Assembly (NCBI RefSeq): GCF_004010195.1
Contig: NC_057749.1
Span: 12,093,282-12,148,015 of the forward strand
Reading direction: 5' to 3'
Source of the DNA: Chiloscyllium plagiosum
Taxonomy: Eukaryota
Length of the DNA: 54,734 bases
The notes below the pieces were generated by a model. It did no database searches. It saw nothing but the letters and a program-made list of their open reading frames with translations, and was not told the origin of the DNA. Of this stretch, positions 26,595 through 39,965 are shown one piece after another. Position numbers and translations under genes: made by a program. Within the stretch, counting starts at the first letter, position 1. The number at the start of each line of letters is the position of its first letter.

Positions 26595-27470
26595 TTCTCC
26601 AGTACATTGATGACATGATTGGCGCTGCTTTGCTCTGTTGCTCAAAATTGGAAAAATTCATCAATTTCACTTCCAATTTCCATGCTATACTCAGCTTCAG
26701 AGCCCTCTATGACTCTTCCCTCCCCTTCCTCGACATTTGTTTCCATTTCTGGGGATAGACTGATCCCCGACACAGACTACAAGCACACCAACTTCCACAG
26801 TTACCTTGACTGTATATCATCACACCATACTTCCTGTAAGGACTCCATCTCATTCTCCCAGTTTCTCAGTCTCCATTGCATCTGTTCTGCTGATGCCACT
26901 CTCCATGGGGGGGCCCCTAAAAATACCCGCCATTTTCCTCAGTTGAGGATTCCTCACTAAGTGGTGGACATGAACCTGAGCTGTGTTCAACCCACCTGCT
27001 CTCACTCCTTCCTTTCTCTCCCACAACAACAATAGGGTTCCGCTGGCCCTGACTTAGCACCCCAGTAGCCTTCACATCCAAAGGATTGTAAGTCGCCATT
27101 TTCGTCACCTCCAAAGGGATACTATGATCAGAAATATTTTCCCCTCTCTTCCTTTGTCAGCATTCTACAGGAACCGTTCCTTCTGGGACACTCTACCAGA
27201 CTCCTCCTCCACTCCCAACATGTCCTTGCACTTCCACAGCACCTGCAATCGCAAAAGACATAATATCTGCCTGTTTCTCCATCCAGGGCCCTAGACATAG
27301 CTTCCAAATGAAGCAGCGATTGACCTCTACTTCATTCAAACTAGTCTCTGGGTAATTACTGTTCACAATGTGGGTTTCTCTATACTGGGGAGGTAAAATA
27401 CAGGCTGAGTAACTGCTTTACACTCTGTCCACAAAAATGACCCCGAGCTTCCAACTGCCTGCAACTTATT
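26595..27470 (+). mobile_element. Decayed Penelope-like RT/GIY-YIG fragment
   Basis: YIDD; YKHTNFHSYLD..SSH..SCKDSISFSQFL; CSQCGFLYTGE. Confidence 0.78.
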
Positions 27471-27569
27471 ATTCAGCTTTTCTTCTGTCCTGGCCTTCTA
27501 TCCATAATCTCCCTGTTTATCAACTCCTTTCATAACTGCTTCTTGGCTCCATCTCCACCTATCCTGTAA

Positions 27570-28256
27570 CAGGTAGATTTTAATTTAAGCAAGTGTGAGG
27601 TTATCCATTTCGTACCAAAGGAGGATAGATCACGGTACTTCTTAAAAGACACACAGTTAAATACTGTGGATCTCCAATAAGATTTGGGGATTAAGGTGCA
27701 TAGCTCTTTAAAATGTCATAAACAGATGCAGAAAATTGTTAAGAAGGCGAATGGAATGTTGGCCGTCGAATCTATGGAGCTGGAGATTAGGGGTGCAGAC
27801 ATTAAGCTGCAGTTATACAAAACCCTAGTTATATCCTACTTGGAGCACTGTGAACAGATCTGGGCACCACACCTTAGGAAGGTTGTTTTAGACTTGGAGG
27901 GGGTTCAGCACAGGTTTACAAGGATGATAATCGGACTTCAGGGGTTAAGTTATGAGGAGAGATTAGGTAAGTTAGGCCCAGAATTTAAAAGTTTAAAAGG
28001 CGATCTAAGAGGGTATGAACAGGGAAAGACAGGGCAGATAAACTTTTTCCTGGTTGAAGATTCTAGAACCAGGGGCATAGCCTAAGAATGAGGACCAGGC
28101 CATTCAGAAGAGAAGTTTTTTTTAAATCAGACAAGGGTATCAAGGGTTACGAGCCCAAAGTAGGAATATGAAATTAGACCACAGATCAGGTATGATCCTA
28201 CTGAATGGTGGAGCAAAATTGAGGGCCGGAATGGCCTACTCCTGCTCCTATGTTCC
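27570..28256 (+). mobile_element. CR1 3' fragment
   Basis: CEVIHF, KKANGMLA, LQLYKTLV..LEHCEQIWAP; tail gggccggaatggcct...cctatgttcct. Confidence 0.85.
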
Positions 28257-28639
28257 TCAGATGACTGGCCTGTATTTACTGGGCTTATCCTTACACCCTT
28301 CTTTGAACAGATATGTAATATTTAGAATTCTTCAGTTCTCCGGTAAATTTAATGGGAATATATGATTAAAAAAACTAAAACAGATCCCTCCCATGCCTAG
28401 GATCAGCCTGCTGAACTTTCTCGGGACTGGTACCAATGTCAATATATCTTTCCTTAAATAAGTGAACCAAAACTGTTCACAGTATTCCAGCTGTGGTCTA
28501 ATGAAAGCCTCAGCTCCATCAGCTTTCTCACTCAGACATCTCTAGCGATTTTATCTTCCACCTTCTGACTTACAGGTACTACTAGAATGATTTTTCAGTT
28601 TTCTATAGAGAAGACTAATGTTATTTCATTTGTCACTTA

Positions 28640-29265
28640 GAGTCATAGAGATGTACAGCACGGAAACAGACTCTTTGGTCCAACTCATCTATGCCGACCT
28701 GATATCCCAACCCAATCTAGTCCCATATGCCAGCACCTGGCCCATATCTTTCCACACCCTTCTTATTCATATATCCATCCAAATGTCTTTTAAATGTTGC
28801 AATTGTACTGGCCTCCATCACTTCCTCTGGCAGCTCATTCCATACACGTACCACCCTCTGTGTGAAAATGTTGCCCCTTAGGTCTGTTTTATATCTTTCC
28901 GCCTTTGTCTATTTATCCTATCCACGCCCTTCATGATCGTACAAACCTCTTTAAGGTCACCCGTCAGCCTCCAACCCTCCAGGAAAAACAGCCCCAGTCT
29001 ATTCAACCTCTCCCAAAGCTCAAGTCCTCCAACCCTGGCAAAATCCTTGTAAATCTTTTCTGAACACTTTCAAGTTTCACAACATCTTTCCAATAGGAAG
29101 GAGACCAGAACTGCACACAATATTCGAACAGTGGCCTAACCAATGTCCTGTACAGTTGCAACAAGACCTCCCAACTCCTGTACTCAATACTCTGAATTAT
29201 GAAGGAAAGCATTCCAAACGCCTTCTTCATTATCCTATCTACCTGCGACTCCACTTTCAAGGAGC
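28640..29265 (-). mobile_element. CR1 3' fragment
   Basis: KVESQVDRI..LYRTLVRPLFEYCVQFWSP; tail ctctatgactct. Confidence 0.88.
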
Positions 29266-29719
29266 TTAACTTTATTATTCAATAATAATTCCCCATTTTC
29301 CCTTTCTAGCGGCGCAACAGTCACATTATTTCCTTTGCAAATGTAGAAATTTGCCAGTTACAGGACCCTGATTACAATTCTTTGCTTTCCTACTTCATCT
29401 ATTAGTACCAATGAGCAGCCCAGCCTTAAAGAGACTGTTGGAAGGTGCTCAAAAAAAACCCCTAAACTTCTGCTAGGTCTATCAACGTCTGCCTGCTTGT
29501 TGGCCAGAAATGTCCCCTCCAATCACATACCCATCTGTGGGCTTAGCTTGACACCTGACCAAATTCCTGCCCTCCTATTACCTGTGGCGAGCAATACAGC
29601 CTCTACTTGGTTTCAATGGCTTGCAAGATGTTCATGCCAGCAGTCAGGTGAAAAGGTAAAATTGCTCCCATTTAACTTTTAACAAGAATTTAACATTTAT
29701 TCATAATCAACACATATGT

Positions 29720-30110
29720 TAACCATGATTCAGAGGACTTAATGTTGCCTCAAAATATTTGGATTCAAGTCCCCATTCAAAAGGCTTAAGCCCACCATCC
29801 AGGCTAAAACTCCAATGCTGCACTTTTAGACATGCCACCTTTCAGATGAAATATTAAAATAAGGCACTGTTATCTTTAATTAGACATAAAAGATCCTATG
29901 GCAGTATTAGAAGTTCTCATGTGCTGCTACAAGTTTGTTCCTCAATGTCATCAGTAGAAATGTGAGAGTTTGCTGCACAGAGCTTTGATGTTGTGCTTAC
30001 TTATATTACCACTGTTATTATACTTCAAAAGGATTTCATTTCTCATGATGTGGTTTAGAATGTCCGAAAGTTATGAGAAGTGCAAGATAAATGCAAGTTT
30101 GTTTTTCTTT
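29720..30110 (+). mobile_element. Old Deu-domain SINE (SacSINE/AmnSINE-like)
   Basis: B-box-like ggattcaagtcc; gccacctttcagatgaaatattaaa...gacataaaagatcctatggcagtatt resembles the remembered Deu core; L2-like tail tacttcaaaag...ataaatgcaagttt. Confidence 0.6.
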
Positions 30111-31789
30111 CAAAACTTAACATGGGGAAACTGAAGTAACTCAATTTTACTCTTAACACCAGTATAAGTACTAGACTTTTTGATCATACTGAGCTCAGGA
30201 TAGGATTAACCTAGGTTTATGATTCAATGCGTATTTCCTATGAAATAAACCATTTACTACTTTTTGAATTGAAAGAGATTTTTTTCATAAAACTAAATGG
30301 TCACTTCACAGGTTAGAATCAATAGAAATGCCAAAACAGAACATATGTATGCCATTCTGTTCAACATTTTAGAAAATATCATACTGCACCGAATAACAGA
30401 AGCAGGAGCCCCCCTATTCTACTTCCAAACTGTGCTGTTGATTTAACTGGTCTCAGCTATGGCCACGGGAAAGGACACAGATGAGAGGAGGAAATTAGTG
30501 AGATCTCCCTCACCTTGGAAATTGCATTTGTCAAAATATCTAGTAAGGATAAAACAGGTTTAGTCTTCTATGGTCAAATATCCCACCTAGCCTGAATTTT
30601 AAAATGGGCATTACGGAAGGTACTGGAGGATGGCTGGCACCTGTGGAACTGTTGGCCAAGGTGAGTCAGCATCTTTGACGGGGAGAAATAGAGAAAGAAA
30701 GAAAACAGAAACAATTGGGTGAAGAAAACAGAACACAATAGGTAATTAACTGGATCGCTAACTAACAATGATGTATATATATATATACAATCTGCTTTTG
30801 CAAATAAAAAAAACTGATATTCATATCTTGAAGCCCCAAAAATTCACTTGAGACAGTTAAGTGTAGAACTAAATGTGATGTGTATTGCAACAGAGTAAGA
30901 TTAAAGTGAAACAAAAATGGATGATGCAAAGACACCTACCCTAAACTATACAATGGTGAGCCACTATTGTCCACACCATGTTACACTACAATGAAACTCA
31001 GAATGCACTAACCACAGCTAACAAAGCATACCTTTTCTTTTTCCTGTTTATTTTGCATCTATTTTGATATACTGTTCTGCTTTACCAGTAAACAATCAGA
31101 AGGGGACAAACACTTTCCCTAGTTGAACAGCCTGATCCTCACCATCTCAGCTTATACATGAAAAAGATAATTCAGGGAAAGTACAGAGGAAGACTGATCC
31201 CTGTGCAATTATAACCCAGCAGGAATCAGTGAGGAAAGATAAATAAATAAATAATGCTTGCATCCATAGCAACATTATGGATAATTACTCAATTCCAGTT
31301 TACAGTTCTAATCTATTGCTTGATGTTATTGGTGGCTATTAGCTTTTCAACAGCTGGTTAATATATAACATCCAGTCGGTGTGTCAGGACTATGCAAATA
31401 TAATGATGCCGCATTGTATTCTAACATCTCAATCTAGCAAACAATGTGGGAAAAGATTTATTACTACAACTACAATAGATAAATGAAGGTAAAATACTGA
31501 GAAAAGGGGAGCATCAAACTGTCCAATTAAATGTAGCTGCAGTGTTCCTTAGAGTTTACTTTGGCTCTTTTAGAATTAGTAAGAATCATTTTACTAACCC
31601 TCAAATATCGTGCAATTATATCATAACACAAAACCATTTGAAACAAACTTTTATGATAATGTTAATTAAATCTTGGGACAGACTGGCTGAGGAAGGAAAA
31701 GCCTTATTTGCAAATGAAAATATACCATTCAAGTTTTTCTTGATAAATTATAATATTAATTTAATAATATACAAAGTCAGTTATCATAG

Positions 31790-31990
31790 TCCAAGACAAC
31801 CACAGGACTGCTTCCTCATTTGAGAAAGATGACTGGCGGTGAGCTTAACCAGAGGGTCACCATGCTGCAGGTAAAGAGGGAACTCGAGAAGAAGGGGCCT
31901 TTATGGTGACCTCGGCTCATACAGGAATAGAATCTGCACTGACGGCGCCACTCTGCATCACAAACAAACACCCAACCAACTGAGCTGATT
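31790..31990 (-). mobile_element. Degenerate tRNA-derived SINE
   Basis: Minus strand begins agctcagttggttgg (A-box-like), with a decayed B-box-like agattctattcc. Confidence 0.45.
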
Positions 31991-32139
31991 GGCTCTCACT
32001 GATAACTATTTAATCAACATAATCAGTGTCCCAATATGCAGTGGAATCTAAAATGTATACGTTCAAGTCTATGTTTCTAACAGAATGAACTATTTTTGAC
32101 AGGCATAGTGTGGAAGTAGAATAAACAAGGAATTGTTCA

Positions 32140-32545
32140 GAAAACAACCTTTACATAGAATGAAAGATTTATTATCGACCTTTCAAGTCCTCAGGACCTC
32201 AACTTCTTGAGTCATTTAGGTATTGTTGAAATCTAGTCAGTGTTACCATGTAGAGAAATACAGCAGCTAATTTGAACATAATCAACACCCAAAACTAGTA
32301 ACTAAATGGTCAGAAAATATGTTTTTATTATGTAGCTTTGGGAAAATTAATCAGCATTAACATTAAGGGTAACCTCTTGTATTTCTTAATAGTACCGTGG
32401 GATCCTGAAGTCAATTGGTTCAAAATCCCATTTAAAAGATGGGATCACTAGACGTGATGAGGTTATGTGCAGTCGCCGCTGCACAGTGTTTTGAAGTCAT
32501 GATCTTGAGAATCAGGGAATTGTGTTCCCACTGAGCCAAGGTGAC
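32140..32545 (-). mobile_element. Old Deu-domain-like SINE
   Basis: Minus head ccttggctcagtgggaacac; ccatcttttaaatggga and gatcccacggtactatt resemble the core at 29840-29910. Confidence 0.5.
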
Positions 32546-34525
32546 TTATTATATTAATCATGTCAATTCATTTTCTTATGTTTTACGCACTTTCCCTCTT
32601 TTGCCCAACATTATAGTATGCTCCTCTATAAATTATTAGTATTCAGCATTTTTTTACAATGTGCATTGCTGTTAATGTACAACACATTGGAACAATGGCC
32701 CTTTGAGCTCTCTCTGCCATTCAATAAGATTATGGCTGATCTGATTTTAATCTCAAATCTACATTGCTGCATATCCCTGATAATCTTTCATCACCTTAGT
32801 CATAAGAATTTTTCTGCTGTGCAAGATTCTGCATCTACTGTCTTTTGAATCAATCCTCAGAAAAATATTTCATCTCTGATTTAAATGGGTACCCCTTTCT
32901 TTATTTTTAAGCTGTAGTTAGGTTGGCCAGGTGGACCTTATCGAGAACGAGTTTCCTCTCTGGGGCTGCTAACCTGGGCAATCAGGGAATGCTGGCTGAG
33001 GGATATAAATAGGAGTCTGACTTGCTCTGAGCTAGCTAGTCAGAGTCGATATGCTTACTGTGCATGTACAAATAAAGTGGTGATGGGATACCAATCTCTG
33101 TGGAGGTATTTCAAGTTACTAACCTAAAATTTACTGCATTAGCTGGAATGTTAAACAAAGTTAAATGAAAATGAGAAGGAGAAAACATATGATGCTTGGT
33201 GATGTCCTAATGATTAGGAGGTCACTGGTTTTAAACTGTTTCAATGTTTTGTTAAAAACATGTTAAGAGCCAGTGCTGCAACTCAGCAGTAATGGACTGA
33301 AGTGTTACAATAACTCTGGAAAAGCTGAAGTTTGTTTAAAACAGATATAGCAAATTAAATGTGATAATGTGGACTACTTATCAGCTGAATAAATAATACC
33401 GAAGATAGGATAAAGACTGCAAATACTCGGCTTCTCTGTTTGGAAAGAGTGAAAAATAAGCTTGTCTCAAAAATTAACTAGCTTGGGAAGGAGGAGTTCA
33501 ACCAATGGCTAGAAGTTGAGATGGCATAGTCTGATCACCTGCTCTGGCCAGATCTTCGGAAAAGTCCACATAAAAGGGTTCACTTGTGATTATAAGCATT
33601 GTATGGGTGATTGTTGTGGTATCTTCTGTAGTACCTTTTTAGGTATATTCCATTATTAGAACTGCCTGGTGTTGTTGATATCCACAGTAAACTGATGCAC
33701 CGGATAAAAATGAGAATAGAAGTCGACAAAACTATGACCTCTAGTTCTAGATTCTCCCTCAAGAGGAAATATAATTTTTGACATCCACCCAGTCAAGTCC
33801 CCTCAGGATCTTAGGTGATTCAATTAAGTCACTTCTAAACTTCAGAGGACATGGGCCTAGACCGATTAGCCTTTTTCATTTCAGGCTAAATCTTCTCTGA
33901 ACTGCTTCAAAAGCACTGACATGAGTACAGTGACCAGTCGTATACCCAGTACTCCAGGTGCAGTGTTATCGATGTCTTGTACAATTTAAGTACTTGAAAC
34001 ACACTTTAATTTGAGATTATAATTAATGCAAATCATTTAAGTTTAAAACTATTCAATGTAAACTTTGTTCATCGTGCTCTTTGCATTATGGTTTGAAAAT
34101 TACTCCTTTTCACTCATCAATGTAAGTGAAGTTAATGAAATAACCAATCCCACCAGTGGAGAAGCCTGGGGTCTATTATAAATATTCTAAAGGTTTTGCT
34201 AAGTGACAGATTTGGTTACAAACAGGCCTAACAGCACCAAATCTAATCCTGACATTCAATTTGATGCTCCACTCTAAGTTGCAGCTTGAGCTTGTGTGTT
34301 TGGTCATTAATTTCATTCTATTTATATAATTCATCAATAATTGGTTACCATTGAACAACATAAATTAAGATCCCAAAAGAGTGATTTATAGTATGGAAAT
34401 ATTTTTTTTTTAAACTAAGTAAAAAAAACCTTAAGATTGGAAGCATACTGAATATAAATAATTGGAACGTTACAATTGCAGACATGGAGTATGAACAGTC
34501 AAAGTCACCAAAGCAACCAACTTAC

Positions 34526-34638
34526 CCACCACTGCTGCCTGTATTCTTACTGTAATGTGTGCGAGGCTCACTGGAAGCAAGCTTAAGAAGCTCATTCCAC
34601 TCACGCTCCCATTCCTCTTCAGTGTAAACCAAACCAGA
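34526..34638 (-). CDS. OTUD7A: OTUD7A coding exon
   Basis: ggcaaactag|TCTGGTTTGG...AGTGGTGG|gtaagt; 113 nt; [37 protein letters not shown](G). The ORF track shows a different frame here. Confidence 0.95.
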
Positions 34639-35044
34639 CTAGTTTGCCAAGTAAGAAATAGACATATCACTTAAATATGAAGCCACATTTTAAATGTGCT
34701 TACATAACTGAATAAACAAACTATTAAGAAAACAAGGATTTAATAGCAATGTCACATCCTGTACTGACACGTGTACTCTGAATTCACCCAAATTACATAA
34801 GAGTCAATTTAGAAGCATGACAAGCAATAAGCATAAGATTGTGCCTGTACAGCACATGCAGTTGCTTAAAAAAATATTATCTTTTACTTTATTGAAGACA
34901 GACTTCGCTCCGTGTTGGGAAACTCTGTAAAAGGTCTTGAATTTTATTACTATCCTGGACAATTAAACAACCAGATCAGCCAGAAGCAGAATTGCACCTG
35001 CCCCATTCCAAGAAAGCCCACAAAGTCACAACCTTTGCGGCATA

Positions 35045-36465
35045 AGGTCTCTTCCTGGACCTCTCCATCTCCATTTCCAGCAACTGACTCAACATGGACA
35101 TATCCTTCAAACCCACTGACTCCCCCAGCTACCTGGACTACACTTCCTCCAACCCAAACTCCTGTAAAAAAACGCTATCCCTTACTCCCAATTCCTCCAC
35201 CTCCACCGCATCTGCTCCCAGGAGGACCAATTCCACCATAGAACATCCCAGATGGCCTCCTTCAAGGACTGCAAATTCCCCTTCCACGTGGTCAACGATG
35301 CCCTCCAGCATATCTCCTCCACTTCCCATACCTCCACCCATCACCTTCAACCCCACCAACCTCCACCATTTCCACCATCAACAAGCAGACTCCACCACCA
35401 GAGATATATTTCCCTCCCCACTCCTATCTGCGTTCTGCAAAGTAATTTCCACTGTGACTCCCTTGTTAGGTCCAGGCCCCCACCAGCCCACCCTCCACTC
35501 CAGGCACTTTCTCTTCTCACCGCAGGAGGTGTAAAACCTGTGTCCACACCTTCCCCCTCACCTCCACCCAAGGCCCCAAAGCATCCTTCCACATCTGGCA
35601 GAGATTTTCCTGCACCTCCAAAACCTAATCTACTATCAAGAGTGTGGTCCTGGAAACGCACAGCACGTCAGGCAGCATCTGAGGATCAGGAAAATTGACG
35701 TTTCGGGCAAAAGCCCTTCATCAGGAATTCCTGAAGGGCTTTTGCCCAAAACGTCGATTTTCCTGCTTCCTCAGATGCTGCCTGACCTGTTGTGCTTTTT
35801 CAGCACCACACTCTTGACTCTAAACTCCAGCATCTGCAGTACTCACTTTTGCCATCTACTGTGTCTGTTGCTCTTGATGTGGTGTCCTCTACACTGGGGA
35901 GACAGGACGCCAACTCACAGAACATTTCAGAGACCATCTCTGGGACACACGTACTAAACAACCCCATTGCCCTGTGGCCCAACACTTCAATTTCCCCTCC
36001 TACTCCAAGGACATGCAAGTCCGAGGCCTCTTCCACCACCAGATCCTAGCCACCTGGATGCCTGGAGGAAGAGCGTTTCATTTTCCACGTTGGGGACCCT
36101 CCAACCACATGGAATCAATGTTGATTTCACCAGTTTCCTCATCTCCCCTGCCCGCACCTTATCCCAGATCCAACTCTCCAACTCGCCACTGCCATCTTGA
36201 AGTGTGCTCCCTGTCCAGCTTCCTTCCCACCTATCTGCTCCACCCTCCACTCTGACCTATCACCATCACCACACCACATACCCCACCTTCATCTACCGAT
36301 CACATTCCCAGCTACCTTCTCCCCAGCCCCTCCCATTTATCTCTCAGCCCCCTTGGGCCTCCCTCACATCCCTGAAGAGCTTATGCTTGAAATGTTGACT
36401 CCCCTGCTCCTTGGATGCTGCCTGACCGGCTGTGCTTTTCCAGCACCACACGTTTTGACTCTGGC
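35045..36465 (+). mobile_element. Penelope-like element, RT thumb plus GIY-YIG plus 3' terminus, decayed
   Basis: FKPTDSPSYLDYTSSNP.SCK; LIYCVCCS*CGVLYTGETGR after removing the insert; LGTLQPHGINVDF; degenerate hammerhead at ~36368-36400. Confidence 0.85.
35635..35853. mobile_element. Palindromic hammerhead-bearing insertion nested in PLE
   Basis: ~90-bp inverted arms meeting at GAATTC (35725-35730); TSD ATCTACT at 35628-35634 and 35854-35860; minus-strand core CTGATGA-A-GGGC-TTTT-GCCC-GAAACGTC. Confidence 0.85.
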
Positions 36466-37204
36466 CTAAGTTTAATTTTGCTACTGTCAGTGCTTTGTCC
36501 TAGAACTTCTATTATGGTGATACAGTTGAAACATATAAATGGACACAGCAACAAAAGCAACATTATACAGGGTATATGTAGTTTTAGAGTCAGCTGTGTA
36601 AGTCTACAAATATTTTTCAGTAATTCTACATAATAGAATCAACAAAAAAAAAGTCCAAGCCTACTTAAAAAAAATGACAATACCACAAATTTGCCTCACT
36701 TTAGTGACAATCCCACTGAACTGTCAAGTTCAGAAAACCTTCTAACAAATTCTGAATTTTAGTTGACAAATGTAACTGAGGGCCTTGACAGGAAATGGCT
36801 GTGTTTCAGCAACATTGACATAAACTAACCACATTTTGTTCATCACAAAATCAAGCCATCAGGTTTTTGAATTTCAAAGAAAGTTGAAATTTAGTCGGTA
36901 ATGCAAGTCCTGTTCACACATCAAGAGTCGATTATATACAAAGAAACAAGCTTAAAACATGGATCAAAGTGGTGTATAAATAAGAATCAACTTCAATGTG
37001 AACAGGAATATAAAGTCCATCTATTTTACACAATGAACATTCCTGTTAGATATTCAAAAAAATTATTGCTCAATTAAAATGAAACCATTTTGAATAGAAA
37101 GTTCTCACAAGTCCCTCAGATTGTCCTAAATCAATTAAGAATGTGGTCAGAACTTCTGAAATTAAGGCAGCAACAAGCCCAATTGTACCTTTTGTTTAAA
37201 ACAG

Positions 37205-37600
37205 GGAGAGATATTTACATTTATAAAGTGCTTTATATGACCACAATACCCAAAACCACATCACAACTAATTAAGTACTTCTGAGTCTAGTCAATGCAGC
37301 AATTTGTATATAGTAAGATTCTATAACGAGCATTGTAATAACAATAAAATAACCCATTTTTGAGATTAAAATTGAGTGCTTATAAAGACTGGCAAGGACA
37401 CTGGGGATAATCCCACAGCTCTTCAAAACATATCGATATCTCTTACGCAAGAGGATAGCTAAGGCCTCAGTTGAGCAACTCATCAGAGATAGTACAAAAC
37501 ACAGTAGCAAAGAAATTCCTACAAAGTGCACATGATGGTCAATCCTAGATAAAGACTTGAACCTATAACTTTGTGATTCAGAAGCAAGATTGCTGCTAAG
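37205..37600 (-). mobile_element. Old Deu-domain-like SINE
   Basis: Minus strand: ctctgatgagttgctcaactgaggcct core, with tail agaagtacttaattagttgtga...aagcactttataaatg. Confidence 0.5.
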
Positions 37601-37639
37601 GGTGAAGTGACAAAAGTGTGCATTTAAAAATTGACAATA

Positions 37640-38332
37640 ACTCATGCACCAGGCAATGACCGTCTCCAATAAGAGATAATCTAACTACCACCCCTTGGCA
37701 TTCCCATCGCTCAATCCCCCACAATCCTGGGAGTCATCATCGACCAGAAACGGAACTGGACTAGCCGTATTAAAGAAAATATGAGGTCAGAGGTTCGGAA
37801 TCTGAGAGTAAAAACTCCTGACTCCCCCAAACCTGTCCATCGTCCAGAAGGCACAAGTCAGGAGTGTGATGGAATACTCCCTACTTGCCTGGATGAGTTC
37901 AGCTCCAACAACACAAGATAATTACCACCATCCAGGACAAAGCAGCCACGTTCACATTCATTCCTTCCACCACTGACTAAGACTCAGTAGCAGTAGTGCA
38001 TATTACCTACAAATGCACTTCAAAAATTCACCCAAAGCTCCTTCCAAACCAACAGCAATTACCATCTCAAGACACAACGGCAGCAGATACATGGGAACAC
38101 TACGACGTTAGAGTTCCTCTCCAAACCACTCACCATCTTGACTTGAAAATATTTCACCATTCCTTCACTGTCACTAAGTCAAATCTTGGAACTCTCCCCC
38201 TAAAGGTGTACATACACCAAATGGACGGCAGCAATTCAAGAAGGCAATTCTACCTTCTCAAGGGCAACTAGAGCAAGGCTTCAAATGCTAGCTCAGCTAC
38301 CAATGCCCACATCCCCTGAATGAATAAATAAA
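37640..38332 (+). mobile_element. L2/CR1-group LINE 3' fragment
   Basis: ILGVIIDQKRNWTS, KAQVRSVMEYSLLAW; tail cccacatcccctgaatgaataaataaaa. Confidence 0.7.
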
Positions 38333-39254
38333 ACACAGTTATGTAGTTTAGTATTGAAATGAAACTGTCTGATTTTAGTCAGTTTCTGAAGCCCTTCAAA
38401 AGTCAATTCTAGCATGTAAGCAGTATTATCAGTTAGGTATGAGTCTTGAACATAATTATAGGAGGAGCTGTGCCATTGAGGAGAACATGAGTTTGAACTT
38501 CAACATAGATAAATGGGAGGTACCACATTTTGTAGCAAAAGTAGAAAGGCAGGTTTAACAACGGGTTTAAAAATAAAAGCTAAGCAGTAATGCTCTGGTT
38601 TGAAGGAACAGAATGGAGAAGGTATTTTAAAGTTGTTATGACATGGGGTCAACCCCTCAATTTAAACCAGCAACGCAGAAAAGATTCACCCCATGCTGTA
38701 ATCTGATAAAATTCGAGAGATAACCCAAAAGTCTAATAAAAATTAACAACATTTTTTAAAGTCTAACAGTGAATAACTAACTAACAACTCCTCTCTCTCT
38801 CTCTCTAAATCTATCTTTTACCTTTCCCTCTGCAATACTAGTTCGATACAAAATCCTGATTACCATTTACAAAAAAATATAACCACGTTTCAAAACCAGT
38901 CAGCTTTGCAGATTTTCTCTCCAGGTCAGCCTCGATATTCTGCTGCCCAGGCTTCCTCCATCGACAGGTATCTCTCAGAAAGCTCTTAAACTAGCAGTCT
39001 ACATCTGTTGGTCATTTGGCAGCTCTCCCTTCTGGCTAACTGTTCAAAATGTCTGATATTTATATCCCAAAACATAAGATCATTTCGTTGGTTTTAATAT
39101 TATCAAACTGGATTGGAGTTTTGAATCTTGGGGCATAATTTCAACACATTGGCCGAATCTGAATTTGTTTTTTTGTCTCATAGCAACCCAGCTACTCCTA
39201 GCTCTTCGACCAAATGTTACACTGTTTTACATCTCTTGCAGTGACAAGAGAACC

Positions 39255-39965
39255 ACATTTCTTGGTGTACACCTGGTGGAGTCTCACCTGGACCCTCAAC
39301 ACCAGCTCCATAGCCAAGAAAGCCCAGCAGCGTCTCTACTTTCTGTGTAGGCTCAGGAAAGTCCATCTCCCACCCCTCATTCTCACCACATTCTACACGG
39401 GGTTCATTGAGAGTATCCTGAGCTGCTGCATCACTGCTTGGTTTGGGAATTGCACAGTCTTAGATCGCAAGACCCTACAACGGATAGTGAAGACAGCTGA
39501 GAGGTTCATCGGGGTCTCTCTGCCCTCCATTACAGACAGATCACACGCTGCATCCAAAAGGCTCAGAGCATTGTGGAAGACCCCACACATCCCTCACTCA
39601 AACTCTTTTCCCTCCTGCCATCTGGCAGAAGATACCAACGCATTCAGTCTCTCATGGCCAGACTGTGCAACAGTTTCTTCCCCCAAGCCATCAGGCTCCT
39701 TAACACAATAAGATCAGACACTTTCCCATCTGAAAATTTTTGTATGACTGAATTGCTGCTAGAAAAAAATCTATTATTTATCATTCTTCTATTACACTCT
39801 AACTTGTGTTTTGCACTTGTTATGCATTTTATGATATATACAATGTGTAGTTTCTGCTGTCCATGTAGCACCCTCGGTTCTGGAGGAATGCTGTCTCATT
39901 TCTACTGTATCATTTGTATATGGTAGAAATGACAAATAAAAACTTCTCTCTCTCTCTCTCTCTCC
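39255..39965 (+). mobile_element. Rex1/Babar LINE 3' fragment
   Basis: FLGVHL, WTLNTSSIAKKAQQRLYFL.RLRK, IESILSCCITAWFGNC, LQRIVKTAE, HPSLKLFSLLPSGRRY; ends AATAAAA then (CT)n. Confidence 0.85.

Noticed and set aside
32913..33113. Solo LTR (TG...CA, TATAAA, AATAAA)
   Set aside because: No convincing TSD or second copy; plausible but unsupported.
38634..39246. Solo LTR-like segment tgttatgaca...gtgaca
   Set aside because: No TSD, primer-binding site or internal domain visible.
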